Below, one piece after another: positions 34,835-47,100 of a DNA stretch of 47,793 bases (the stretch's first letter is position 1; every line of letters begins with the position of its first letter). The notes beneath the pieces were generated by a model, which saw only the letters and a program-made list of their open reading frames with translations, was not told where the DNA came from and ran no database searches. Source of the DNA: Nemertoderma westbladi (taxonomy: Eukaryota; Animalia; Xenacoelomorpha); assembly GCA_032718475.1 (NCBI GenBank), contig JAUCBJ010008913.1, positions 1 to 47,793 of the forward strand, read 5' to 3'. The translations under genes were made by a program, and so were the position numbers.

Positions 34835-35530
34835 GTAGACAAAGCCATAGAGGACATGAGTAGGGAAGAATTGGCTAACTATTTTAACCATTTCATCACA
34901 CGCTACAACTAGCCGAACGCGGAAAGATTTGACACAACTACTCTCTGATCCTATTTCTACGGCCGTTTACGATATTTCAAACAAATTGGTATAGAAAATC
35001 TGTTAGAGTTACCTGAATTTTCAATGACCACGGAAATCCTGAAGGCACGTCTAGTGTAGATCAAAAAGGCAGGCAAAAGTAATCTGGAGCGCTAGCGAGT
35101 CTGTAACTGGCGCCGACTTCCAGAAGTTAAAACAATGCGAACAGATCGAATAGATAATCCCACCAAGTTGCGAACTTCTTTGCATTCTCTTTTTGGTGCA
35201 CTTACTTTACTTGATGCACTTTGGAATGAGACCAGGAAATGAAATGAGGGCAATATGTGTGGGCGACAAATAAAAATATTGCTCAGAAAAGAAATTATTT
35301 TATTTAGAACTGACGGAACGGCTGACAAAGACACGTACGGGAAGTACTACAACCGACCGGTTGCCATTCATTCTCTAAGATTGTTACAAAGATGTCTGAA
35401 TCGGCAGGCCTTCGTGAAATTGGACGTCGTTTGACTGCGATGAGTTTTCGGAAAACGACAGCCCAAGCTCCTGTTGATGCTGGTCAGCCTAGTAATTACG
35501 CACAAATGCAGTTGGGTCACAGTAGACTCA
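34835..35530 (+). pseudogene. Degenerate Crypton-like tyrosine-recombinase transposon relic (DUF3504-type)
   Basis: KAIEDMSREELANYFNHF..LPEFSMTTEILKARLV*IKKAGK..YYNRPVAIHSLR..MSESAGLREIGRRLTAMSFRKTTAQAPVDAGQPSNYAQMQLGHS resembles the Crypton C-terminus (..MSEKAGL..TNHSxRKT..L.DAG..GH). Contains stops and frameshifts. Confidence 0.6.
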
Positions 35531-35900
35531 ACAGACGAGCTCCGCAATCTACCATCGTCCAGAGGATCAAGGTTATTTTGTCTCTTGTCTTAAAACTATT
35601 ATTTCGAAATAATAATTATCGTACAAAATATCCGTACAAAATAACAAATAACAGTTCAATAAAGATAGTTGTCAATTTTGATAAATTTCAACAGTTGTTG
35701 TTGTTCAATTTCTCCCCTGTCAGCCACTCTGCCAGTCAATTCATACATACACTATCAACTATAAATATTGAAATTACGTATTTGCCGACACGCCGACTTC
35801 AGGCTCGGTGACATCATCGAGTCAATCCTCTACCGGTACCTCTTTTAGTACACAGGCCTGTAGTTGTGGTGTATTTTGTATTTTATATTTATCTTTTGTA

Positions 35901-35937
35901 TCCCTGAAGAAGGCCGCCAAGGCAGAAATCGATCGGA
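35901..35937 (+). ncRNA. Minimal type I hammerhead ribozyme motif (Penelope pLTR-type)
   Basis: tcc-CTGAAGA-aggcc-gccaa-ggca-GAA-atcgat-C-gga: core boxes CUGANGA and GAAA, stem I tcc/gga, stem II gcc/ggc, palindromic stem III ATCGAT, AUC cleavage triplet. One mismatch at the base of stem II. Confidence 0.6.
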
Positions 35938-36717
35938 CGTTAAAGTCATAACTTTTTCATAGTTTATGGGAGGTAGACCCCAGGACCCATCATTATAAAA
36001 CTATAAATATTCAGATGATAGGCCAATTGAATATTTATATATATTATATATCCTGCGTATTAATGTGAATGAATCTCCATTAAAATTATTAAATGTTGTC
36101 CAATCTTTATTGCACTGTATTTCAGTATTCGGTATTTAAAAAATGTTAACATCCAATCTTCCGGGTGAGCAGTATGTGTCTTTCTTCAAAACTTAAGGCC
36201 GGAGTACCCGCCCCACCCCCCCACCCCCCCTGGTCAAAATTTCAAACGTCTGTTTTTTATTTACTCTATAGCAGAATTTAATGAGTAATCTGAAATCCGC
36301 TTTGCGAAACCTCTTAGTTCTCAAGTTATTGCTGTTTTTCTGTATGAAGATCTGTCAGTCAATTTGTAAGACAGGCAGACAGACTAGATTCCACCAAACC
36401 TTAAAACTGAAATCGGAAATGAAATCTGCGACCCCGAAAACCCCCATAATAAAAGTTTTGGCCCGGTGATGTGCTTCGTTCGTTCCAGAAATGATTAACC
36501 AACCAGACCACAGACAGATAGTTTTGAACGGGAAGATTTAAACTTTGAAGGCAATTATCTCGGAATGACATTTTTCATTTTTCAAAATACTACTCCGCCA
36601 TTTTTTAACCAATTTTCTTTATTTTTGGCTCATTCGAAAGGGTTTCGGCAGTTCATTAAATGTTATTGGTAGGAATTTTTATATTTCTGTTTTTTTACCA
36701 CCAATTTTTCAGATTAA

Positions 36718-36831
36718 GGGGGCGTTCATAAAGTACTGTATGTCACGCACTAGGGGGGGGGGGGGGGCGTGGGGGGGGTAGAGCTTGCGTGACAGAGGGG
36801 GGATGGGAGTGTCGACTTTTGTGACGGTCAC
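36718..36831 (+). mobile_element. Solo left end of a Zator-like element
   Basis: taa-gggggcgttcataaagtac..gtcacgcactag(G)n..gcgtgacagagggggg..ttttgtgacg has the same layout as 27637-27760. No matching right end was seen. Confidence 0.55.
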
Positions 36832-37106
36832 GGCGATGTTCTATGCTTTAATGTTAGCTTGGCTTTGACTTTCACACATGTGTAGAAGAGTGGGTAACTT
36901 TAAGGAAAACAATAAACTCAATAACATTGAGTATAATCGATAATTTGAGTAGGACATAGAAGCCATTAACACACGGTATAGAATTATATTCTCATAAATG
37001 CCGTGGATTTTCAAAATTTTATTTTGTTCGAATTAACTTTGCTATAAAGATTACATTAAGTCCTCATTTGCATTTACCATATCTATTTGTATAAGATTGT
37101 TCAAAT

Positions 37107-37178
37107 GGTTCAGTAACTCAGTCGGTTAAGCGTTGGAAATTCGTGTGGTAGGTATCGAGTTCGAATCCTAGTAGGTGC
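37107..37178 (+). other. tRNA-derived (SINE-head-like) sequence with Pol III A and B boxes
   Basis: A-box-like taactcagtcggt at 37114 and B-box-like gagttcgaatcc at 37157-37168. Acceptor and anticodon stems do not pair, so it is not a functional tRNA. Confidence 0.5.
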
Positions 37179-37289
37179 AAATTATTTTTGTGCTGAGTTT
37201 CAACTCATTTAAATTAACCGCTACGAATTAAATTGCATTTGCTCAAGGTAGATTAACCAATAAGATTGCAGTTATTAGATGGTAACCAA

Positions 37290-38157
37290 TGTCGTGCAAG
37301 ATACGTGTTTGCTGGACCAATGATTATCTTTAAAAACCTAGTAGAACTCATAGAACAATCTAGATTTATCTCGATTGATTGCAGCACAAATTTGCTATAA
37401 AAGGTGCGATTTGTTCATTTAGTTATCACTTCAATTAGTTACTTCTTATTAGTTATATATCTCTACTTAGTTATTCACTCTTGTTACATTTATTGTATAT
37501 TAGTTATTGTTCAAGTTTGTAATAAAGTTAGAAATATTCGTTACGTCTGTTTTTTTACTATGCTTCACCACGGTGAACCCAACTGAGGGACAGATGGCTG
37601 GCTAGACAGCGGACCGCGGCAATAGACGGGAACATCGGAGGAATGTAGGAAGGAGACAACCCGCAATATCTATTCTTAAGTTATTCGCCCATCGCCTGAA
37701 AGGTTAGACAGCGTTCGATGCCTTGCTATCTAAGTGTAAGACCAAAGATCGAAGGTAGAGGTAGTGACACGCTGTGCGCTAAAAATTACATCTAGGGACT
37801 GTACTGTCTTAATTCAGAGAAAAACCCGCAGTAGACCTTCACATTCCTACGGGGGGGGGGGGGGGGGGGGGGGAGGAGAGATCAGGCAGAAAGATACTAG
37901 TACACAGATAGGACGCAGGCACACCAGTACAAAGCATACACATTGGTAGGGTGCAGCAAACTGTACGCCTAACTCTTGCTAGGTATAGGTGCGTCGGTGG
38001 CTGTTTGTAGTACAACGGTGTCCATTTGCGTTAGAACTTGTAGGCCAGGAAGGGTTACTGTGTTTTTACCTGAATTAGGATTGTACCGTTCAGGCGGTAG
38101 GGCAGTTTACCACTAGGCGCAAATAAATTGAGGCTATTAGGGATACTAACATCTACC
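37290..38157 (+). mobile_element. Putative LTR (37290-37570) with PBS-like motif and decayed internal sequence, truncated by the 52-bp satellite
   Basis: TGT at 37290, TATAAAA at 37396, AATAAA at 37521, ..cacCA at 37570, then cggtgaacccaac (resembles tRNA-type PBS tggtgaccccgac). KIEAIRD-like pol linker codons at about 38125-38146. Confidence 0.4.
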
Positions 38158-41100
38158 GTAAGTGAAATCCATTGTCAGACAACATGCGACCATTGTAAAG
38201 ATGGAAAAAGTAAGTGAAATCCATTGTCAGACAACATGCGACTATTTTAAAGATGGAACAAGTAAGTGAAATCCATTGTCAGACAACATGCGACTATTTT
38301 AAAGATGGAACAAGTAAGTGAAATCCATTGTCAGACAACATGCGACTATTTTAAAGATGGAAAAAGTAAGTGAAATCCATTGTCAGACAACATGCGACTA
38401 TTTTAAAGATGGAACAAGTAAGTGAAATCCATTGTCAGACAACATGCGACTATTGTAAAGATGGAAAAAGTAAGTGAAATCCATTGTCAGACAACATGCG
38501 ACTATTTTAAAGATGGAACAAGTAAGTGAAATCCATTGTCAGACAACATGCGACTATTTTAAAGATGGAAAAAGTAAGTGAAATCCATTGTCAGACAACA
38601 TGCGACTATTGTAAACATGGAAAAAGTAAGTGAAATCCATTGTCAGACAACATGCGACTATTGTAAAGATTGAAAAAGTAAGTGAAATCCATTGTCAGAC
38701 AACATGCGACTATTGTAAATATGGAAAAAGTAAGTGAAATCCATTGTCAGACAACATGCGACTATAGTAAAGATGGAAAAAGGAAAAAGTAAGTGAAATC
38801 CATTGTCAGACAACATGCGACTATTGTAAAGATTGAAAAAGTAAGTGAAATCCATTGTCAGACAACATGCGACTATTGTAAATATGGAAAAAGTAAGTGA
38901 AATCCATTGTCAGACAACATGCGACTATTGTAAACATGGAAAAAGTAAGTGAAATCCATTGTCAGACAACATGCGACTATTGTAAAGATGGAAAAAGTAA
39001 GTGAAATCCATTGTCAGACAACATGCGACTATTGTAAAGATGTAAAAAGTAAGTGAAATCCATTGTCAGACAACATGCGACTATTGTAAAGATGTAAAAA
39101 GTAAGTGAAATCCATTGTCAGACAACATGCGTCTATTGTAATAATGGAAAAAGTTAGTGAAATCCATTGTCAGACAACATGCGACTATTGTAAAGATGGA
39201 AAAAGTAAGTGAAATCCATTGTCAGACAACATGCGACTATTGTAAAGATGGAAAAAGTTAGTGAAATCCATTGTCAGACAACATGCGACTATTGTAAAGA
39301 TGTAAAAAGTAAGTGAAATCCATTGTCAGACAACATGCGACTATTGTAAAGATGGAAAAAGTCAGTGAAATCCATTGTCAGACAACATGCGACTATTGTA
39401 AAGATGTAAAAAGTAAGTGAAATCCATTGTCAGACAACATGCGACTATTGTAAAGATGGAAAAAGTTAGTGAAATCCATTGTCAGACAACATGCGACTAT
39501 TGTAAAGATGTAAAAAGTAACTGAAATCCATTGTCAGACAACATGCGACTATTGTAAAGATGGAAAAAGTAAGTGAAATCCATTGTCAGACAACATGCGA
39601 CTATTGTAAAGATGGAAAAAGTAAGTGAAATCCATTGTTAGACAACATGCGACTATTGTAAAGATGGAAAAAGTAAGTGAAATCCATTGTCAGACAACAT
39701 GCGACTATTGTAAAGATGGAAAAAGTCAGTGAAATCCATTGTCAGACAACATGCGACTATTGTAAAGATGGAAAAAGTCAGTGAAATCCATTGTCAGACA
39801 ACATGCGATTATTGTAAATATGGAAAAAGTAAGTGAAATCCATTGTCAGACAACATGCGACAATAGTAAAGATGGAAAAAGTAAGTGAAATCCATTGTCA
39901 GACAACATGCGACTATTTTAAAGATGGAAAAAGTAAGTGAAATCCATTGTCAGACAACATGCGACTATAGTAAAGATTGAAAAAGTAAGTGAAATCCATT
40001 GTCAGACTACATGCGACTATAGTAAAGATGGAAAAAGTAAGTGAAATCCATTGTCAGACAACATGCGACTATTTTAAAGATGGAAAAAGTAAGTGAAATC
40101 CATTGTCAGACAACATGCGACTATAGTAAAGATTGAAAAAGTAAGTGAAATCCATTGTCAGACAACATGCGACTATAGTAAAGATGGAAAAAGTAAGTGA
40201 AATCCATTGTCAGACAATATGCGACTATTGTAAAGATGGAAAAAGTAAGTGAAATCCATTGTTAGACAACATGCGACTATTGTAAAGATGGAAAAAGTAA
40301 GTGAAATCCATTGTCAGACAACATGCGACTATTGTAAAGATGGAAAAAGTAAGTGAAATCCATTGTTAGACAACATGCGACTATAGTAAAGATGGAAAAA
40401 GTAAGTGAAATCCATTGTCAGACAACATGCGACTATTGTAAAGATGGAACAAGTAAGTGAAATCCATTGTCAGACAACATGCGACTATTGTAAAGATGGA
40501 AAAAGTAAGTGAAATCCATTGTCAGACAACATGCGACTATTGTAAAGATGGAAAAAGTAAGTGAAATCCATTGTCAGACAACATGCGACTATTGTAAAGA
40601 TGGAAAAAGTAAGTGAAAACCATTGTCAGACAACATGCGACTATTGTAAAGATGGAAAAAGTAAGTGAAATCCATTGTCAGACAACATGCGACTATTTTA
40701 AATATGGAAAAAGTAAGTGAAATCCATTGTCAGACAACATGCGATTATTGTAAATATGGAAAAAGTAAGTGAAATCCATTGTCAGACAACATGCGACTAT
40801 AGTAAAGATGGAAAAAGTAAGTGAAATACATTGTCAGACAACATGCGACTATAGTAAAGATGGAAAAAGTAAGTGAAATCCATTGTCAGACAACATGCGA
40901 CTATAGTAAAGATGGAAAAAGTAAGTGAAATCCATTGTCAGACAACATGCGACTATAGTAAAGATGGAAAAAGTAAGTGAAATCCATTGTCAGACAACAT
41001 GCGACTATTGTAAAGATGGAAAAAGTAAGTGAAATCCATTGTTAGACAACATGCGACTATTGTAAAGATGGAAAAAGTAAGTGAAATCCATTGTCAGACA

Positions 41101-44100
41101 ACATGCGACTATTTTAAATATGGAAAAAGTAAGTGAAATCCATTGTCAGACAACATGCGATTATTGTAAATATGGAAAAAGTAAGTGAAATCCATTGTCA
41201 GACAACATGCGACTATTTTAAAGATGGAACAAGTAAGTGAAATCCATTGTCAGACAACATGCGACTATTTTAAAGATGGAACAAGTAAGTGAAATCCATT
41301 GTCAGACAACATGCGACTATTTTAAAGATGGAAAAAGTAAGTGAAATCCATTGTCAGACAACATGCGACTATTTTAAAGATGGAACAAGTAAGTGAAATC
41401 CATTGTCAGACAACATGCGACTATAGTAAAGATGGAAAAAGTAAGTGAAATCCATTGTCAGACAACATGCGACTATAGTAAAGATGGAAAAAGTAAGTGA
41501 AATCCATTGTCAGACAACATGCGACTATAGTAAAGATGGAAAAAGTAAGTGAAATCCATTGTCAGACAACATGCGACTATTGTAAAGATGGAAAAAGTAA
41601 GTGAAATCCATTGTTAGACAACATGCGACTATTGTAAAGATGGAAAAAGTAAGTGAAATCCATTGTCAGACAACATGCGACTATTTTAAATATGGAAAAA
41701 GTAAGTGAAATCCATTGTCAGACAACATGCGATTATTGTAAATATGGAAAAAGTAAGTGAAATCCATTGTCAGACAACATGCGACTATTTTAAAGATGGA
41801 ACAAGTAAGTGAAATCCATTGTCAGACAACATGCGACTATTTTAAAGATGGAACAAGTAAGTGAAATCCATTGTCAGACAACATGCGACTATTTTAAAGA
41901 TGGAAAAAGTAAGTGAAATCCATTGTCAGACAACATGCGACTATTTTAAAGATGGAACAAGTAAGTGAAATCCATTGTCAGACAACATGCGACTATTGTA
42001 AAGATGGAAAAAGTAAGTGAAATCCATTGTCAGACAACATGCGACTATTGTAAAGATGGAAAAAGTAAGTGAAATCCATTGTCAGACAACATGCGACTAT
42101 TTTAAAGATGGAAAAAGTAAGTGAAATCCATTGTCAGACAACATGAGACTATTTTAAAGATGGAACAAGTAAGTGAAAACCATTGTCAGACAACATGGGA
42201 CTATTGTAATGATGGAAAAAGTAAGTGAAATCCATTGTCAGACAACATGCGACTATTGTAAAGATGGAAAAAGTAAGTGAAATCCATTGTCAGACAACAT
42301 GCGACTATTTTAAAGATGGAAAAAGTAAGTGAAATCCATTGTCAGACAACATGCGACTATTTTAAAGATGGAACAAGTAAGTGAAATCCATTGTCAGACA
42401 ACATGCGACTATTGTAATGATGGAAAAAGTAAGTGAAATCCATTGTCAGACAACATGCGACTATTGTAAAGATGGAAAAAGTAAGTGAAATCCATTGTCA
42501 GACAACATGCGACTATTTTGAAGATGGAAAAAGTAAGTGAAATCCATTGTCAGACAACATGCGACTATTTTAAAGATGGAAAAAGTAAGTGAAATCCATT
42601 GTCAGACAACATGCGACTATTGTAAAGATGGAAAAAGTAAGTGAAATCCATTGTCAGACAACATGCGACTATTTTAAAGATGGAAAAACTAAGTGAAATC
42701 CATTGTCAGACAACATGCGACTATTTTAAAGATGGAACAAGTAAGTGAAATCCATTGTCAGACAACATGCGACTATTTTAAAGATGGAACAAGTAAGTGA
42801 AATCCATTGTCAGACAACATGCGACTATTTTAAAGATGGAAAAAGTAAGTGAAATCCATTGTCAGACAACATGCGACTATTTTAAAGATGGAACAAGTAA
42901 GTGAAATCCATTGTCAGACAACATGCGACTATTTTAAAGATGGAACAAGTAAGTGAAAACCATTGTCAGACAACATGCGACTATTGTAAAGATTGAAAAA
43001 GTAAGTGAAATCCATTGTCAGACAACATGCGACTATTGTAAATATGGAAAAAGTAAGTGAAATCCTTTGTCAGACAACATGCGACTATTGTAAAGATGGA
43101 AAAAGTTAGTGAAATCCATTGTCAGACAACATGCGACTATTGTAACGATGGAAAAAGTAAGTGAAATCCATTGTCAGACAACATGCGACTATTGTAAAGA
43201 TGGAAAAAGTAAGTTAAATCCATTGTCAGTGTACGCGCTTTTATAGACCTTCAGCAGTTTAACCTGCCGAAATTTATATGCTTTAGCTCTCTTATTTTCC
43301 AAGAATCCCGTTCAACACATGTAATCAGCAGTGAGACAGGATAATTTCAGTTCAGTAGCTCGGGATTGGTCGAAATCAGAACTAACTCAACGCAGGGCTA
43401 TGGGTAACTGGGGCAACCTTCCCAAGCCGGCTGGCCAATCGAACAGCTCAGATCCCTCCTAAAGGATTCCAACGCCTTGGAGGGGGGAACTGGTTAGCAA
43501 AGAAAACAAATCAGTCATATCCCAGAAAAACCTTTACAGTAGGTTTCAGAGTATTTTAGCGTATGGGGGAAAAACTGGGTTGCGGGGCGAAGGGCCAGTT
43601 ACATCCCACAGAAGCTTTTACAGTCAGACAACATGCGACTATTGTAAAGATGTAAAAAGTAAGTGAAATCCATTGTCAGACAATATGCGACTATTGTAAA
43701 GATGGAAAAAGTAAGTGAAAACCATTGTCAGACAACATGGGACTATTGTAAAGATGGAAAAAGTAAGTGAAATCCATTGTCAGACAACATGCGACTATTG
43801 TAAAGATGTAAAAAGTAAGTGAAATCCATTGTCAGACAATATGCGACTATTGTAAAGATGGAAAAAGTAAGTGAAATCCAGTGTCAGACAACATGCGACT
43901 ATTGTAAAGATGGAAAAATGGTCAGACAACATGCGACTATTGTAGAGATGGAAAAAGTAAGTGAAATCCATTGTCAGACAACATGCGACTATTGTAAAGA
44001 TGGAAAAAGTAAGTGAAATCCATTGTCAGACATCATGCGACTATTGTATAGATGGAAAAAGTAAGTGAAATCCATTGTCAGACATCATGCGACTATTGTA

Positions 44101-47100
44101 TAGATGGAAAAAGTAAGTGAAATCCATTGTCAGACAACATGCGACTATTGTAAAGATGGAAAAAGTAAGTGAATCCATTGTCAGACAACATGCGACTATT
44201 GTAAAGATGGAAAAAGTAAGTGAAATCCATTGTCAGCCAACATGCGACTATTGTAAAGATGGAAAAAGTAAGTGAAATCCATTGTCAGACAACATGCGAC
44301 TATAGTAAAGATGGAAAAAGTAAGTGAAATCCATTGTCAGACAACATGCGACTATTGTAAAGATGGAAAAAGTAAGTGAAATCCATTGTCAGCCAACATG
44401 CGACTATTGTAAAGATGGAAAAAGTAAGTGAAATCCATTGTCAGACAACATGCGACTATAGTAAAGATGGAAAAAGTAAGTGAAATCCATTGTCAGACAA
44501 CATGCGACTATTGTAAAGATGGAAAAAGTAAGTGAAATCCATTGTCAGACAACATGCGACTATTGTAAAGATGGAAAAAGTAAGTGAAATCCATTGTCAG
44601 ACAACATGCGACTATAGTAAAGATGGAAAAAGTAAGTGAAATCCATTGTCAGACAACATGCGACTATTGTAAAGATGGAAAAAGTAAGTGAAATCCATTG
44701 TCAGACAACATGCGACTATTGTAAAGATGGAAAAAGTAAGTGAAATCCATTGTCAGCCAACATGCGACTATTGTAAAGATGGAAAAAGTAAGTGAAATCC
44801 ATTGTCAGCCAACATGCGACTATTGTAAAGATGGAAAAAGTAAGTGAAATCCATTGTCAGACAACATGCGACTATTGTAAAGATGGAAAAAGTAAGTGAA
44901 ATCCATTGTCAGCCAACATGCGACTATTGTAAAGATGGAAAAAGTAAGTGAAATCCATTGTCAGACAACATGCGACTATTGTAAAGATGGAAAAAGTAAG
45001 TGAAATCCATTGTCAGACAACATGCGACTATAGTAAAGATGGAAAAAGTAAGTGAAATCCATTGTCAGACAACATGCGAATATTGTAAAGATGGAAAAAG
45101 TAAGTGAAATCCATTGTCAGACAACATGCGACTATTGTAAAGATGGAACAAGTAAGTGAAATCCATTGTCAGACAACATGCGACTATAGTAAAGATGGAA
45201 AAAGTAAGTGAAATCCATTGTCAGACAACATGCGACTATTGTAAAGATGGAAAAAGTAAGTGAAATCCATTGTCAGCCAACATGCGACTATTGTAAAGAT
45301 GGAAAAAGTAAGTGAAATCCATTGTCAGACAACATGCGACTATAGTAAAGATGGAAAAAGTAAGTGAAATCCATTGTCAGACAACATGCGACTATTGTAA
45401 AGATGGAAAAAGTAAGTGAAATCCATTGTCAGACAACATGCGACTATAGTAAAGATGGAAAAAGTAAGTGAAATCCATTGTCAGACAACATGCGATTATT
45501 GTAGAGATGGAAAAAGTAAGTGAAATCCATCGTCAGACAACATGCGACTATTGTAAAGATGGAACAAGTAAGTGAAATCCATTGTCAGACAACATGCGAC
45601 TATTGTAAAGATTGAAAAAGTAAGTGAAATCCATTGTCAGACAACATGCGACTATTGTAAAGATGGAAAAAGTAAGTGAAATCCGTTGTCAGACAACATG
45701 CGACTATAGTAAAGATGGAAAAAGTAAGTGAAATCCATTGTCAGACAACATGCGACTATTGTAAAGATGGAAAAAGTAAGTGAAATCCATTGTCAGACAA
45801 CATGCGACTATTGTAAAGATGGAAAAAGTAAGTGAAATCCATTGTCAGCCAACATGCGACTATTGTAAAGATGGAAAAAGTAAGTGAAATCCATTGTCAG
45901 ACAACATGCGACTATTGTAAAGATGGAAAAAGTAAGTGAAATCCCTTGTCAGACAACATGCGACTATAGTAAAGATGGAAAAAGTAAGTGAAATCCATTG
46001 TCAGACAACATGCGACTATTGTAAAGATGGAAAAAGTAAGTGAAATCCATTGTCAGACAACATGCGACTATTGTAAAGATGGAACAAGTAAGTGAAATCC
46101 ATTGTCAGACAACATGCGACTATAGTAAAGATGGAAAAAGTAAGTGAAATCCATTGTCAGATAACATGCGACTATTGTAAAGATGGAAAAAGTAAGTGAA
46201 ATCCATTGTCAGACAACATGCGACTATAGTAAAGATGGAAAAAGTAAGTGAAATCCATTGTCAGACAACATGCGATTATTGTAGAGATGGAAAAAGTAAG
46301 TGAAATCCATTGTCAGACAACATGCGACTATTGTAAAGATGGAAAAAGTAAGTGAAATCCATTGTCAGACAACATGCGACTATAGTAAAGATGGAAAAAG
46401 TAAGTGAAATCCATTGTCAGACAACATGCGACTATTGTAAAGATGGAAAAAGTAAGTGAAATCCATTGTCAGACAACATGCGACTATTGTAAAGATGGAA
46501 AAAGTAAGTGAAATCCATTGTCAGCCAACATGCGACTATTGTAAAGATGGAAAAAGTAAGTGAAATCCATTGTCAGACAACATGCGACTATTGTAAAGAT
46601 GGAAAAAGTAAGTGAAATCCATTGTCAGACAACATGCGACTATAGTAAAGATGGAAAAAGTAAGTGAAATCCATTGTCAGACAACATGCGACTATTGTAA
46701 AGATGGAAAAAGTAAGTGAAATCCATTGTCAGACAACATGCGACTATAGTAAAGATGGAAAAAGTAAGTGAAATCCATTGTCAGACAACATGCGACTATT
46801 GTAAAGATGGAAAAAGTAAGTGAAATCCATTGTCAGACAACATGCGACTATTGTAAAGATGGAACAAGTAAGTGAAATCCATTGTCAGACAACATGCGAC
46901 TATAGTAAAGATGGAAAAAGTAAGTGAAATCCATTGTCAGACAACATGCGACTATTGTAAAGATGGAAAAAGTAAGTGAAATCCATTGTCAGACAACATG
47001 CGACTATAGTAAAGATGGAAAAAGTAAGTGAAATCCATTGTCAGACAACATGCGATTATTGTAGAGATGGAAAAAGTAAGTGAAATCCATTGTCAGACAA

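Noticed and set aside
36193-36715. Possible TTAA-flanked transposon beginning ttaaggccggagtacc
   Set aside because: No matching inverted right end could be found, so boundaries and family are unsupported.
37107-37178. Functional tRNA gene
   Set aside because: A and B boxes are present but acceptor and anticodon stems cannot be paired.
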